IMG/VR virus record: IMGVR_UViG_3300048858_000115
Location: 1 to 34,154 of that record
Direction: 5' to 3' (one strand)
Length of the DNA: 34,154 nt
Origin: a virus
Taxonomy: Duplodnaviria; Caudoviricetes
In this document: positions 1 to 9,298 of the stretch, in pieces
Numbering within the stretch: position 1 is the first letter of the stretch
Layout: every line of letters starts with the position of its first letter
The notes under the pieces: generated by a model
What the model saw: only the letters and a program-made list of their open reading frames with translations
The model's database searches: none
What the model was told of the DNA's origin: nothing
Position numbers and translations under genes: made by a program

Positions 1-1050
1 TCAGGGCGCTACCACGCGCGCGCGCTCTCGGAACGTCACGACGGCGCGGCCCAGCCAGTCGTTCACCTCACGGAACGACACCTGCAGCGGCTCAATCTCA
101 AGGTCGAAGAACATGTCCGCGGCCTGCAGCGGGTTGCCGAAGCCGCTCGATCCCTGCGCCGGAACAATCCCCAGCACCTGGGGCGGCGTACGATGTGCGG
201 CGAGCATGTCCTGCGCCGTCACGTTCTTGATACCCAGGAACTCGTCCTTCGCACCCACCTCGGCGATCGGCAGGATCTTGATGCTGCCTTCCTTGCCGTT
301 GGGCGCATGCACGAACAGGTTCCGGAAATTGCCCGGTCCCTTCGACTGCTTGAGCGCGGTCTTCAGCGCATCGGTGTCCTTGGTGTCGATCTCGCCGGTC
401 GCGTACAGGATGAAGCCCGCGTGCGAGCCGTTGAGGTAGTAGCGGCGCCGGAACAGCGTCGCCGCCTCGTTGAGCAGCGCCGACTGCAGCGCGCTCAGAT
501 ATTCCGGCACGCCGTACAGCTCCTGGTTGATGTCGGGCTGCTGGATCTGCAGCACCTCGCCGGGCTCCCAGCGCTCGGCCTCGCGCGCGTTCGGCACCCA
601 CCAGAACACATCGGGCTCCAGACCGCGACGCACGTATTTCGCCGGCACGTGCTCGAGCCGGATTACGCCGCCCAGGCGGTTTTTCCGACGCACGAAATAG
701 GCGTTGCCGAATATAAGGAAGTCGAGCGCCGCGGCGGTGAAGTCCTTGCTCGACAGCAGCGACGACGGCTCGAAATACTTCACCAGGAGGTTGCGCTTCA
801 GCTGGATAGCCGAGCTGTGGTGCGGGCTCGCGCGATACGCGCGCGCAAGGCCGTCCAGCGGCACCGGCGGCTCATACCAGCGGCCGTTGTGCAACGTCTC
901 GAGCATGTCGAGGATCGTGCGTCGGTCGAGCACCGGCTCCGGCTCCCCGAAGCTGAAGGCGTCGATCGCGCGCCCGTTGTCGTTCGCCAGCAGCGCGCCG
1001 GCCGCCGCCTCGCCACGCGACATCGCCCGCACCTTGCTCCGCTTCGTCAT
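1..1050 (-). CDS. Q: Phage portal protein, PBSX/P2 gpQ family
   Basis: 349 aa; motifs WYEPP, HHSSAI, YGVPEYLSALQSALLNEAATLFRRRYYLNGSHAGFI, GPGNFRNLF; overlaps the terminase stop. Confidence 0.95.
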   Translation of the reverse strand: MTKRSKVRAMSRGEAAAGALLANDNGRAIDAFSFGEPEPVLDRRTILDMLETLHNGRWYEPPVPLDGLARAYRASPHHSSAIQLKRNLLVKYFEPSSLLSSKDFTAAALDFLIFGNAYFVRRKNRLGGVIRLEHVPAKYVRRGLEPDVFWWVPNAREAERWEPGEVLQIQQPDINQELYGVPEYLSALQSALLNEAATLFRRRYYLNGSHAGFILYATGEIDTKDTDALKTALKQSKGPGNFRNLFVHAPNGKEGSIKILPIAEVGAKDEFLGIKNVTAQDMLAAHRTPPQVLGIVPAQGSSGFGNPLQAADMFFDLEIEPLQVSFREVNDWLGRAVVTFRERARVVAP

Positions 1051-2846
1051 TCGAAGATCTCCATCGAGCCCTTGGGCTTCTCTTTGCCGTCCAGCGGCTC
1101 ATTCATGAGGATGTGCATGGTCGCCCAGGCGACGTCGGCATGGCCGTCCTCGCCGCCGCGCCCGGCTTTGAAGGTGACGTTGCGCCCGCTGCTGGTCGCC
1201 GTCTTCTTGATCGAGATGAACGACGACACGATGTCGAGCATGCCGCTGTCGAACGCCAGGCGCCCGCGGCGCACGACGTTCTGCGCCTTCATCACCATGC
1301 CAGCCTTCACCTCGAGCGAATATTCGATCTTGGTGACGCCCTTGATCCCGCTGTCGAGCTTCGCGAGCAGCTGGTAGACGCCGGCGCCGACGCCGGTCGC
1401 GTCGATGCCCAGGTACGTGCAATTGTATCGGGATAGCATCGCCTTGATGAACTCGGCCTGCTGTTCGAAGTCTTGCCCGCGCAGCTGGTGCTTCTCGAGA
1501 ATCCGGAACGATCCGCCGGGCGCCGCCGGCGGCGCGGCGATGACCAGCGCGGCATTGTCGCCGGTCTCGCTGTTCTGCGGATCGTAGCCCGCCCAGACGG
1601 CACGCTCGCCGAACGGGCGCGCGGCCTCCGGATCGAAGTCCGTCCATTCGACCAGGCTGTCGCAGCCGAGCTTGACCAGGTCGTTGAACTTAAACGCCGA
1701 CAGGCTGTCGTCGACGAACACGCACCCGAACAGGTTGGCGAACTCGTCGTCGGCATATTCGTCGCGCAGCTCGTCGAGATCGACGAGGTCGAAGCCGCCG
1801 TCGATCGCGTCCTGCACGGTCACGATCTGGCGCCAGACCTTGTCCTCGCACAGCCGGCCGTCCTTCAGCGCGGCGTGGCCGACGTCGATCTCGATCCGGT
1901 CTTCCTTCTTGCGCCGGCGGTTGCGCCGCTCGCCTGTCCAGTACGGATAGGCCGGATGCGCAACGGTCGACGGCGTCGAGAAGTACGTCTTCCGCCACCG
2001 CTTGTGCGTCGCCATGCCCGAGGCGACCTTGTTCAGCTCCTCGAAGCCCTGGACCCAGAAGAACTCGTCGAAATAGAAGTTGCCGGAGCGCCCCTGCGCG
2101 GTGCGGAAGTTGGTGCCGAGGAAGTGGAGCTCGGCCGCCGCCTCGCCCTCGAGGCGCAGCTCGCTCGTGATGAGCATCGGGTCGCCCTTCAGGTCGACGC
2201 CGGCCAGCTTGGCAAAGCCGATGATGTAGTTGCGGAACTGGTGGGCCTGCGCCTTAGAGGCCGACAGGAAGATCTGGTTCCGCCCGCTCTCGATCGCGTC
2301 CATCAACGCTTCGAAGGCAAAGTAATAGGTCGCGCCGATCTGGCGCGACTTCAGGATCATCCGCGTGCGGCGGGACAAGTTCTCCCACCACGTCTCCTGA
2401 TAGCCGTACAGCTGGTCGAGGAAGATCTCGCGCAGCTTCTCCGCCTGCTCGGCGGTGAAGTGGTTGGGCTTCTTCTTGGGCTTGCGCTCGCCGACGTTCC
2501 GGTTGGCGACCTTGTCGTTGAGGTCACCCTCGTGCCCGCCCGGCGCCTCGTACCGGCGCACCTTCGCCAGGGCGGCAACCTGCCGGCCGAGCAGGTCGAT
2601 TTCCTTATAATCCTCGCCGGTCTTCTTCTGCTTGGCGACCAGCGCCATCCAGCGCGTCTCGAGACAGTCCTCGAGCTTCGTGATCGACGCCGCCGTGTCC
2701 CACGCGCCGCGCCGGCGCCAGCTCTCCACCGTGGGGCGGGGCTGGCCCAGCTCGTCGGCGATCTGCGTCACGCCCCACCCGCGCCAGTACAGGCTGCGGG
2801 CTTGGCGCTCAGGCGGAACGGCGGATGGATCGGCGAGAATGGACAT
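1047..2846 (-). CDS. P: Terminase large (ATPase) subunit, P2 gpP-like
   Basis: 599 aa; N-terminal HTH, LKSRQIGAT (P2-type Walker A), YFDEFFW (Walker B), FSTPS, C-terminal GHADVAWA. Confidence 0.95.
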   Translation of the reverse strand: MSILADPSAVPPERQARSLYWRGWGVTQIADELGQPRPTVESWRRRGAWDTAASITKLEDCLETRWMALVAKQKKTGEDYKEIDLLGRQVAALAKVRRYEAPGGHEGDLNDKVANRNVGERKPKKKPNHFTAEQAEKLREIFLDQLYGYQETWWENLSRRTRMILKSRQIGATYYFAFEALMDAIESGRNQIFLSASKAQAHQFRNYIIGFAKLAGVDLKGDPMLITSELRLEGEAAAELHFLGTNFRTAQGRSGNFYFDEFFWVQGFEELNKVASGMATHKRWRKTYFSTPSTVAHPAYPYWTGERRNRRRKKEDRIEIDVGHAALKDGRLCEDKVWRQIVTVQDAIDGGFDLVDLDELRDEYADDEFANLFGCVFVDDSLSAFKFNDLVKLGCDSLVEWTDFDPEAARPFGERAVWAGYDPQNSETGDNAALVIAAPPAAPGGSFRILEKHQLRGQDFEQQAEFIKAMLSRYNCTYLGIDATGVGAGVYQLLAKLDSGIKGVTKIEYSLEVKAGMVMKAQNVVRRGRLAFDSGMLDIVSSFISIKKTATSSGRNVTFKAGRGGEDGHADVAWATMHILMNEPLDGKEKPKGSMEIFE

Positions 2847-2896
2847 GGCGGGCGCGACCTTGCCGCGCGCGCTGCCCCCCGATCACCCGCCCGCTC

Positions 2897-2917
2897 TTGT
2901 GGAGACGCTCTCCACAA
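2897..2917. promoter_or_regulatory. Ogr-type late promoter activator site between divergent P and O
   Basis: Perfect palindrome TTGTGGAGA-CGC-TCTCCACAA; resembles the TGT-Nn-ACA dyad of P2 late promoters; repeated at 12969 and 18525. Confidence 0.8.
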
Positions 2918-3021
2918 ATCCGCTCACTTGAGAAGCGCGGCGCCTTTCGGCCTGTCTGGGGCTCTGAAAAGCCGGCGGTCAGTCCGGCAGCACCGAACGA
3001 CCCCACGAGGACCGCACCGCC

Positions 3022-3849
3022 ATGGGCACCAAGAGCAAGTTCTTCCGCGCCTTCGTCGCCGGCAACACCATCAGCGACGGCCGCACGATCACGCCGGAAA
3101 TGATCGACCAGATCGTCGAGACCTTCAACGTCGAGACCTACACGCCTCGCATCAACATTGAACATATCGCCGGCTACAGCCCCGAGCCGCCGTTCAACGG
3201 CTATGGAAGCGTGATCGCGGTCAAGGCCGACGATGTCGACCTCACCATCGACAGCAAGGTCGAGAAGCGCCGCGCGCTCTACTGCCAGGTGGAAGGCAAC
3301 GACCAGCTGGTGAAACTCGCCAAGGCCGACCAGAAGCCGTTCCCCTCGGTCGAGCTGACCGACAGCTATGCGGGCTGCGGCAAGATCGGCATGGTCGGGC
3401 TCGCCTTCACCGACACCCCGGCGAGCATCGGCACCGAGGCGCTCAAGTTCTCGCGTAATGCGCCCGGCACCGTGTTCGCAGCGGCTGACGAAGCGGCGGT
3501 AATCGAGTTCGAAGCCGCGCCTGCAACCGTCACGATCGCCGACAGCATCGTTGCGATGTTCTCGGCCGCAGCTGCGCGCATCACGGGCGGCAAGTCGGAC
3601 GAAAAGCCGCCGGTCGTGGAAGAGCCCAAGACGCCCGCGAACGACAACTTCTCGGCCGCGATCTCCGCTCTCGGAACGCAGGTCGCCACGACGCTGGCTG
3701 ATGCCCTCAAGCCCGTCACCGACGCGCAGACGGCATTCGACGCCCGCTTCACCAAGCTCGAGGAGCAGCTTGCGAGCACCGAGGCGCCCGGCACCTTCAG
3801 CCGCAAACCCGCCACCGGTGCCGGCACCTCGATCGTCACCGACTGCTGA
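3022..3849 (+). CDS. O: Capsid scaffolding protein, P2 gpO-like
   Basis: 275 aa; SKFFRAFVAGNTISDGR, INIEH, GLAFTDTPASIGTE, C-terminal TDC. Confidence 0.93.
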   Translation: MGTKSKFFRAFVAGNTISDGRTITPEMIDQIVETFNVETYTPRINIEHIAGYSPEPPFNGYGSVIAVKADDVDLTIDSKVEKRRALYCQVEGNDQLVKLAKADQKPFPSVELTDSYAGCGKIGMVGLAFTDTPASIGTEALKFSRNAPGTVFAAADEAAVIEFEAAPATVTIADSIVAMFSAAAARITGGKSDEKPPVVEEPKTPANDNFSAAISALGTQVATTLADALKPVTDAQTAFDARFTKLEEQLASTEAPGTFSRKPATGAGTSIVTDC

Positions 3850-3899
3850 TCCCGCCGCACCTTCGCCCCTAGCCAGCCACGCCTTCCGGAGCCGCCCCC

Positions 3900-4976
3900 A
3901 TGCGCAACACCACCCGCCTCGCCTTCAACTCCTATGTCAGCCAGATCGCGCTCCTCTCCAGCGTCCCTTCGGCCGCGGAAAAGTTCACCGTCGCACCCTC
4001 GGTCGCGCAGAAGCTCGAGGAAAAGACCCAGGCCTCGAGCGAGTTCCTGTCGAAGATCAACTTCGTCACCGTCGCCGAGCAGGAAGGCGAAAAGGTCGGC
4101 GTCGGCATCACCAGCTCGATCGCAGGCCGCACCGACACGTCGAAGGGCGAGCGTCAGCCGATCGACCCCACTGGCCTGACCGCAACCCGCTACCGCTGCG
4201 AACAGACCAACTTCGACACGGCGATCTCCTACGCCAAGCTCGACGCCTGGGCGCACAAGCCCGAGTTCCAGACCATCGTGCGCGACGCGATCACGAAGCG
4301 TCAGGGCATCGACCGCATGATCATCGGTTGGCACGGCACCCACGTCGCCAAGCAGACCGATCGGGAGGCGTTCCCGCTCCTGCAGGACGTCAACAAGGGC
4401 TGGATCCAGCACACCCGCGAGGAAGCACCCGCCCGCATCATGAGCGATGGCGAGCACAGCGGTGACGCAAATGCACCGGGCCACAAGCCGGTGATCCACG
4501 TGTCGGCCAAGGGAACCGCGGATTACGTCAACCTCGACGCCCTGGTGTTCGACGCGCTGCAGCTGCTCGACGAACAGCACCGCCGCCGCACCGACCTGGT
4601 CGTGTTCGTCTCGGACGAGCTGGTGCACGACAAGAAGTTCGCGCTGGTGAACGCCGCCGGCGACACCGCAACCGAGCAGCTCGCCCGCGACGTCCTGCTC
4701 CTGCAGGACAAGATCGGCGGCAAGCTGGCGGCCGTGGTGCCGAACTTCCCGGCCGGAACCGTCGTCATCACCACCTATGACAACCTGTCGATCTACAACC
4801 AGGACGGCACCCGCCGCCGGGCGCTGATCGACAACCCGAAGCGCGACCAGGTCGAGAACTTCGAGAGCGTGAACGAGGCCTATGTGGTCGAGGATTACGC
4901 CCTGATCGCGGTCTACGAGAACATCGTCATGGAGGCGGCGCCCGCGGTCGAAGCTGACGCCGACGCGGACGCCTAA
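3900..4976 (+). CDS. N: Major capsid protein, P2 gpN family
   Basis: 358 aa; FTVAPSVAQKLE, QTNFDTAISYAKLDAWA, PLLQDVNKGW, ESVNEAYVVED. Confidence 0.96.
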   Translation: MRNTTRLAFNSYVSQIALLSSVPSAAEKFTVAPSVAQKLEEKTQASSEFLSKINFVTVAEQEGEKVGVGITSSIAGRTDTSKGERQPIDPTGLTATRYRCEQTNFDTAISYAKLDAWAHKPEFQTIVRDAITKRQGIDRMIIGWHGTHVAKQTDREAFPLLQDVNKGWIQHTREEAPARIMSDGEHSGDANAPGHKPVIHVSAKGTADYVNLDALVFDALQLLDEQHRRRTDLVVFVSDELVHDKKFALVNAAGDTATEQLARDVLLLQDKIGGKLAAVVPNFPAGTVVITTYDNLSIYNQDGTRRRALIDNPKRDQVENFESVNEAYVVEDYALIAVYENIVMEAAPAVEADADADA

Positions 4977-5019
4977 CGCCACCTCCCCGAAGTTGCCTGC
5001 CGTCTCCAAGGAACCCGCA

Positions 5020-5793
5020 ATGAGCCTCGCTCGCAAGCACCAGGCACGTGCCCTGGCCATGCAAACCGCTGCGGCCGTTTCCTCGAGCGGCGGGCACGCC
5101 CCCGCGCGGTCGACTGTCCCCCTTCCGGTCGACCGCGCGGCCACTACCATGGCCCGCCAGATCGGCCTGCGCCTGACGCACGATCAGCGCCGCCTGAAAG
5201 AGACCAAGTCGGTAGCCGCCAAGATCGCCGCCAAGCGCGAGATGCTGCCGGAATATGCCGCCTGGGTGAAGGGCCTGCTCGCCGGCGCGGCCGAGGCAGG
5301 CGCTGGCGTCTCGGGCGAAGTGCTGCCCACCGTCATGATCTGGTTGATCGACGTCGGTGACTATGCCGACGCGCTCACGCTCGCCGAGCATGTGCTGCGC
5401 CACCGTGTAGCACTGCCGAGCCGCTACGAGCGCGACGCACCGACGCTGATTGTCGAGGAGATCGCCGAAGCCGCCATCAAGGCGCAGGCTGCCGGCGAAC
5501 CCTTCGACCTTGCCGTGCTCGAGCAGGTCGAGGCGATGGTCGAGGGCATCGACATGCACGACCAGGTCCGCGCCAAGCTGATGAAGGCGATCGGCTGCGA
5601 ACTGGACCGCACCGCGCGGCACCCGGCGAACGCCGACACCTACACGCTGGCGCTGCAGCAGCGCGCGCTCGCCGCGCTCGAGGCAGCTCAGAAGCTCAAC
5701 GACCGCGTCGGGGTGAAAACGACCATCCGCACCATCAAGAAGGCGCTGGCGGCAGCCGCGGCGCAACCCGATCCCGCCGGCACCACCGGCTAA
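5020..5793 (+). CDS. M: Terminase small subunit, P2 gpM-like
   Basis: ATG 5020 preceded by AAGGA; MSLARKH, LPEYAAWVKG, MIWLIDVGD, DMHDQVRAKL, GVK; synteny. Confidence 0.9.
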   Translation: MSLARKHQARALAMQTAAAVSSSGGHAPARSTVPLPVDRAATTMARQIGLRLTHDQRRLKETKSVAAKIAAKREMLPEYAAWVKGLLAGAAEAGAGVSGEVLPTVMIWLIDVGDYADALTLAEHVLRHRVALPSRYERDAPTLIVEEIAEAAIKAQAAGEPFDLAVLEQVEAMVEGIDMHDQVRAKLMKAIGCELDRTARHPANADTYTLALQQRALAALEAAQKLNDRVGVKTTIRTIKKALAAAAAQPDPAGTTG

Positions 5794-5905
5794 CCAAGCT
5801 CGCCCCCGGCGCTCGGGGACGGATCGCAAGACGCGGGAGGGCCTTTGGGCTGAGGGCCGCGCTCCTCCGATCCCCACCCCCGATAACATTGGAGATCCAC
5901 GGCCC

Positions 5906-6379
5906 ATGAGCGGCTTCAGCTTCAACGGCGTCAGCGCCACCGATGCGACCCCCGAGGTCGTAACCAACGATGGCTGGCTTCCCGACGTCGATCCGGCCGC
6001 GGTCAAGAACGAGCAGCGGATCCCCGACAGCATCACGGGGCCGCGGCTGCGCGCCGCGATCGTCGCCGCCATCATCACCGTAGGCAACGAGCTGGCCGAT
6101 TGGCAGGCGCGCCAGCTGGCGGACGGCTATGCCAGCCTTGCCCAAGTGCCTGCGCCCAAGATCGACGGCCAGAGCCGCTATGTGCTGCTCTACCAGCGCG
6201 CGGTCGCCGCGTACGCCAAGGCCGACCTAGTCGAGCGCTATCGCGACGTCGACTTCACCGGCGCGGGCCAGCGCGATGCCGACGCGGTGCAGCCGTCGAT
6301 CGGCGAGCTGCGCCGCGATTCCATCCATGCCGTGCGCGACATCCTCGCCCGGTCCCGCACCGACGTCGAGCTGATCTGA
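5906..6379 (+). CDS. L: Head completion/stabilisation protein, gpL-like
   Basis: 157 aa; NDGWLPD, YQRAV, LVERYRDVD, C-terminal VELI; GGAG SD. Confidence 0.92.
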   Translation: MSGFSFNGVSATDATPEVVTNDGWLPDVDPAAVKNEQRIPDSITGPRLRAAIVAAIITVGNELADWQARQLADGYASLAQVPAPKIDGQSRYVLLYQRAVAAYAKADLVERYRDVDFTGAGQRDADAVQPSIGELRRDSIHAVRDILARSRTDVELI

Positions 6380-6594
6380 TGGCGGACACCCTCCACGCGC
6401 AGCAGGACGACACGCTCGACCTGCTGCTGCACCGTGACTGCGGTCTCGGCCCTGAAGCGATCAACGCCGTTCTCGCCGCGAACCCCGGCCTTGCCGCGCT
6501 CGGGCCGGTGCTCCCGGTCGGAACGCCCGTGCTGGTGCCTGCTGTCGCCATTGCGGCGCCCGCTACCGTCAAACTCCTCCAGCTGTGGGACTGA
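6379..6594 (+). CDS. X: Tail protein X (LysM-like)
   Basis: TGATG overlap with L; AQQDDTLDLL, ANPGLA, LPVGT, C-terminal QLWD; 71 aa. Confidence 0.92.
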   Translation: MADTLHAQQDDTLDLLLHRDCGLGPEAINAVLAANPGLAALGPVLPVGTPVLVPAVAIAAPATVKLLQLWD

Positions 6595-6598
6595 CCGC

Positions 6599-6943
6599 AT
6601 GAAGATCCCGCACGAATGGCTCGAAATCGCCCAGACGTTCGTCGTCGGCCTTGCGCCTGGCGCGATCGGTTCGGCTGTCGGCTTGGCGCATGAGAAGGGG
6701 CTCAGCTGGGCGGAACGCTTCACCCAGCTCGCAGCCGGCACCGTCGTGTCGTTCTTCGTCACCCGCGCGCTTGGCGCCACCGTCGATCTCAATCCCTTCG
6801 TGCTGCAGGGCATCGGCTTCACCGCTGGGATGATCGCCTACAAGTCGACTCCGCGCTTCATCGCTGCCGCGGCCGATGTCGCCGGCGGACTGCCCGCGGC
6901 GCTCCGCGACCGCTTCCTCCCTGCCCGAAAGGATCCGAAGTGA
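6599..6943 (+). CDS. Putative holin
   Basis: 114 aa from ATG 6599; about three hydrophobic segments and a basic C-terminus; lies directly before the endolysin. Confidence 0.75.
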   Translation: MKIPHEWLEIAQTFVVGLAPGAIGSAVGLAHEKGLSWAERFTQLAAGTVVSFFVTRALGATVDLNPFVLQGIGFTAGMIAYKSTPRFIAAAADVAGGLPAALRDRFLPARKDPK

Positions 6944-7437
6944 GCGACACCGCCACGCGCGCGTCCGCGCCCAAGTCCCGCCTGCTCATGATCGTCGGTG
7001 CCGCCACCGCCGCGATCGTGGCGCCGTTCGTCGTTGGATGGGAAGGCGACGAGCGCGTCGGCTATCGCGACATCGTCGGTGTGGCGACCAAATGCTCGGG
7101 CGATACCAGCAACGTCGTCGTCGGCCGTCGCTACAGCGCGGCCGAATGTGCCGACAGCACCGATCGCCAGCTTGCGGCACATGCCACACCGGTGCTCGCT
7201 TGTACGCCGGGGATCAAAGGCCACCCCAACCAGCTCGCGGCCGCCATCTCGCTCGCCTACAATATCGGCACCAACGGCTATTGCGGATCCACCGTCGCGC
7301 GCCGCTTCAACGCTGGCGACTGGTCGGGCGCGTGCGACGCCTTCCTGATGTGGAACAAGGCCGGCGGCCGTGTGGTGCGCGGGCTCACCAACCGCCGCCG
7401 TGCCGAGCGCGACCTCTGCCGAAAGGATCTGCCGTGA
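6940..7437 (+). CDS. Endolysin, GH24 lysozyme with probable SAR signal-anchor
   Basis: Ala/Gly-rich N-terminal LLMIVGAATAAIVAPFVVG followed by E-x8-D-x5-T triad (WEGDERVGYRDIVGVAT); YNIG, GLTNRRRAE. Confidence 0.92.
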   Translation: MSDTATRASAPKSRLLMIVGAATAAIVAPFVVGWEGDERVGYRDIVGVATKCSGDTSNVVVGRRYSAAECADSTDRQLAAHATPVLACTPGIKGHPNQLAAAISLAYNIGTNGYCGSTVARRFNAGDWSGACDAFLMWNKAGGRVVRGLTNRRRAERDLCRKDLP

Positions 7438-7937
7438 AAAAGCTGTTTGCCGCGATCGGCGCGGCGCGTGAGTGGCTGACGCTGCTCGCCGTCAGCGCCG
7501 TGGCCGCCTGGATCTATGTGCAGTACGCGGAAACCCGCGCCGAGCGCGACGCCCTGGTGCAATGGGCCGAGGTCACCTGCGCCGGAGCCGACGCCCCGTT
7601 CGAAGGCTCGGCCGAGGACCGCGTCGACAGCAACGGCAAGGCTGTGAAGGTCACCTTTGAACGCGGCCAACGCTGCCGCACCGCCGTCACCACCGCCGTC
7701 GCCTTCAAGGGGCGATCCGACCAGGAGACCGCCCAGCTGCTCGCCGACGCCATGCGCGCCCGCGAGACCAAGGCCGCCACCGACTCTGCCCTTGCCCGTA
7801 CCGCCGCGGAGGCCGCGCGCGACGCCGCCCTGCGCATGGAGACCGCCGATGCTGAAGCTTCCGCCACGAACCGCGTCGATCGCCCTTGGTTTACTGCTCT
7901 CAACGACGTTGCCGGGCTGCGCGCGCCGCGCCGTTGA
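7434..7937 (+). CDS. Inner-membrane spanin (Rz/LysB-like)
   Basis: GTG overlapping the endolysin stop; one N-terminal TM (WLTLLAVSAVAAWIYV) then Ala-rich helical domain with two Cys. Confidence 0.75.
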   Translation: MKKLFAAIGAAREWLTLLAVSAVAAWIYVQYAETRAERDALVQWAEVTCAGADAPFEGSAEDRVDSNGKAVKVTFERGQRCRTAVTTAVAFKGRSDQETAQLLADAMRARETKAATDSALARTAAEAARDAALRMETADAEASATNRVDRPWFTALNDVAGLRAPRR

Positions 7938-8163
7938 GGTGCCGGTTGCGACGCCAGTGCCGGTTGCGGTCCCGGTGAAGGACACGCCGCCCGCCGATCT
8001 GCTCGCCTGCCCGGAGGCTCCGGCCGGCTTCCCGCTCGATGCCGAGGCGCAGATGCCGGACGGCGTCCGTGCGGCCGCAATCCGTCTCGCCCGTGCCTTT
8101 CGCGCACGTGGCGACCAGCTGGTGCGGCTGATCCGCTGGCACGATCCGGAGGCGTGCCGGTGA
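7849..8163 (+). CDS. Outer-membrane lipoprotein spanin (Rz1/LysC-like), overlapping the i-spanin 3' end
   Basis: ATG 7849 with GGAG SD; signal peptide MLKLPPRTASIALGLLLSTTLPG-C (lipobox-like), Pro-rich segment, PPADLLACP. Confidence 0.8.
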   Translation: MLKLPPRTASIALGLLLSTTLPGCARRAVEVPVATPVPVAVPVKDTPPADLLACPEAPAGFPLDAEAQMPDGVRAAAIRLARAFRARGDQLVRLIRWHDPEACR

Positions 8164-8630
8164 AAAAGCCCCAGGCGCTGCGGCAGCACCTGCTCGCCAG
8201 CGTGCCCGCGCTCGCGGCCGATCCGACCAAGCTCGACCTGTTCGTCGACAAGGGGCGGCTCGTCTGCCGGCCGACCGCCTCGCTGTCGTTCGCGTATCGC
8301 TACAGCCTCAACATCGTGGCGCAGGACTATGCCGGCGACGTCAACGGCCTGATGGTGCCGCTGCTCGCGTGGATCGCGGCCAACGAGCCGGATCTGCTTG
8401 CCAAGGATCCGCACGAGCCCTTCACCTTCGAGACCGAGATCCTCGACGGCGACCGCGCCGACGTCTCGATCGACCTCGATCTGTCCGAGCGCGTGCGGAT
8501 CCAGGGCGGTGCACTGGTCTACGTGCCGGACGCGCCGGTCGAGGACAGCTTCGGCGTGGCCGCACGTCTGGCGCAGATCGCGCTTACCGACGTAGCGGTG
8601 CCCGAAACCACACTGGTGCCCGAGGCGTGA
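8160..8630 (+). CDS. R: Tail completion protein, gpR-like
   Basis: KKPQALRQHL, LFVDKG, SFAYRY, LLAWIAANEPDL, DLSERV; GTGA overlap with o-spanin stop. Confidence 0.9.
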   Translation: MKKPQALRQHLLASVPALAADPTKLDLFVDKGRLVCRPTASLSFAYRYSLNIVAQDYAGDVNGLMVPLLAWIAANEPDLLAKDPHEPFTFETEILDGDRADVSIDLDLSERVRIQGGALVYVPDAPVEDSFGVAARLAQIALTDVAVPETTLVPEA

Positions 8631-9298
8631 ACCACGACCTCGAGGAGGTCGAGAAGCTGGCCGGCGCGCTTCTGCGCAGTCTTTCCGCTGCGGAGCGCCG
8701 TCGCGCGTTGCGCCGGGTCTCGCGTGCCTTGCAGAAGTCTCAGCGAGACCGCATCGCCCGCCAGAGGAACCCCGATGGCAGCGCGTTTGCGGAACGCAAG
8801 GAGCGGCCCGAGCCCCGCCGGGGCAACCATGCGGTGAAGTTCCTCTACTCGAAAGGCTCGAGCGAACCGCGCCTGGTCTACATGAAAAGCTGGGTACACG
8901 ACGGCCCGCTGCTGACCGGTTTCGACATTGAGGCGGGCGGCATGCGCAGCTTCTTCTGGGACAAGGTCGACAGCTGGCTGCCGGTCTCTGCCGAGAAGCA
9001 GAACAAGGGAGCGGGCAAGCTCCGTCGCAACGGCCACATTCGTCGCAAGGCGATGTTCCGCAAGCTGCGCGGCCCTGACATCCTGAAGGCGGGCTCGACC
9101 GACACAGAGGCTTGGGTTGGGTTTGCGGGGCAGGCGGCGCGCGTTGCGAGCATCCACCAGGAAGGCGGCATGGATCGGCCGTCGCCGAAGGCGAAGCCGG
9201 TTCGCTATGCCAGGCGCTCGATCCTCGGGGTGACGGAGGCGGATCGCACGCGAATCCTCGATCTACTTTTCGAGCAGCTCGCCTCCGGCAGGTCGTGA
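8627..9298 (+). CDS. S: Virion morphogenesis/tail completion protein gpS-like, with an internal insertion
   Basis: GTG 8627; QRDRIARQRNPDGS, AMFRKLR, ARVASIHQEG, YARRSILG; 223 aa, longer than P2 gpS. Confidence 0.88.
   Translation: MNHDLEEVEKLAGALLRSLSAAERRRALRRVSRALQKSQRDRIARQRNPDGSAFAERKERPEPRRGNHAVKFLYSKGSSEPRLVYMKSWVHDGPLLTGFDIEAGGMRSFFWDKVDSWLPVSAEKQNKGAGKLRRNGHIRRKAMFRKLRGPDILKAGSTDTEAWVGFAGQAARVASIHQEGGMDRPSPKAKPVRYARRSILGVTEADRTRILDLLFEQLASGRS

Noticed and set aside
1473-3161. 562-aa plus-strand ORF opposite the terminase (also 193..1377)
   Set aside because: Antisense shadow of a well-supported gene; long stop-free antisense frames are expected with high GC3, and it has no motifs
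4951-4973. EADADADA repeat at the capsid C-terminus as a contingency repeat
   Set aside because: Codons differ (GCT GAC GCC GAC GCG GAC GCC), so it is a low-complexity tail and not a slippage tract
3366-5150. 594-aa minus-strand ORF opposite scaffold/capsid
   Set aside because: Shadow ORF mirroring the codon bias of O and N
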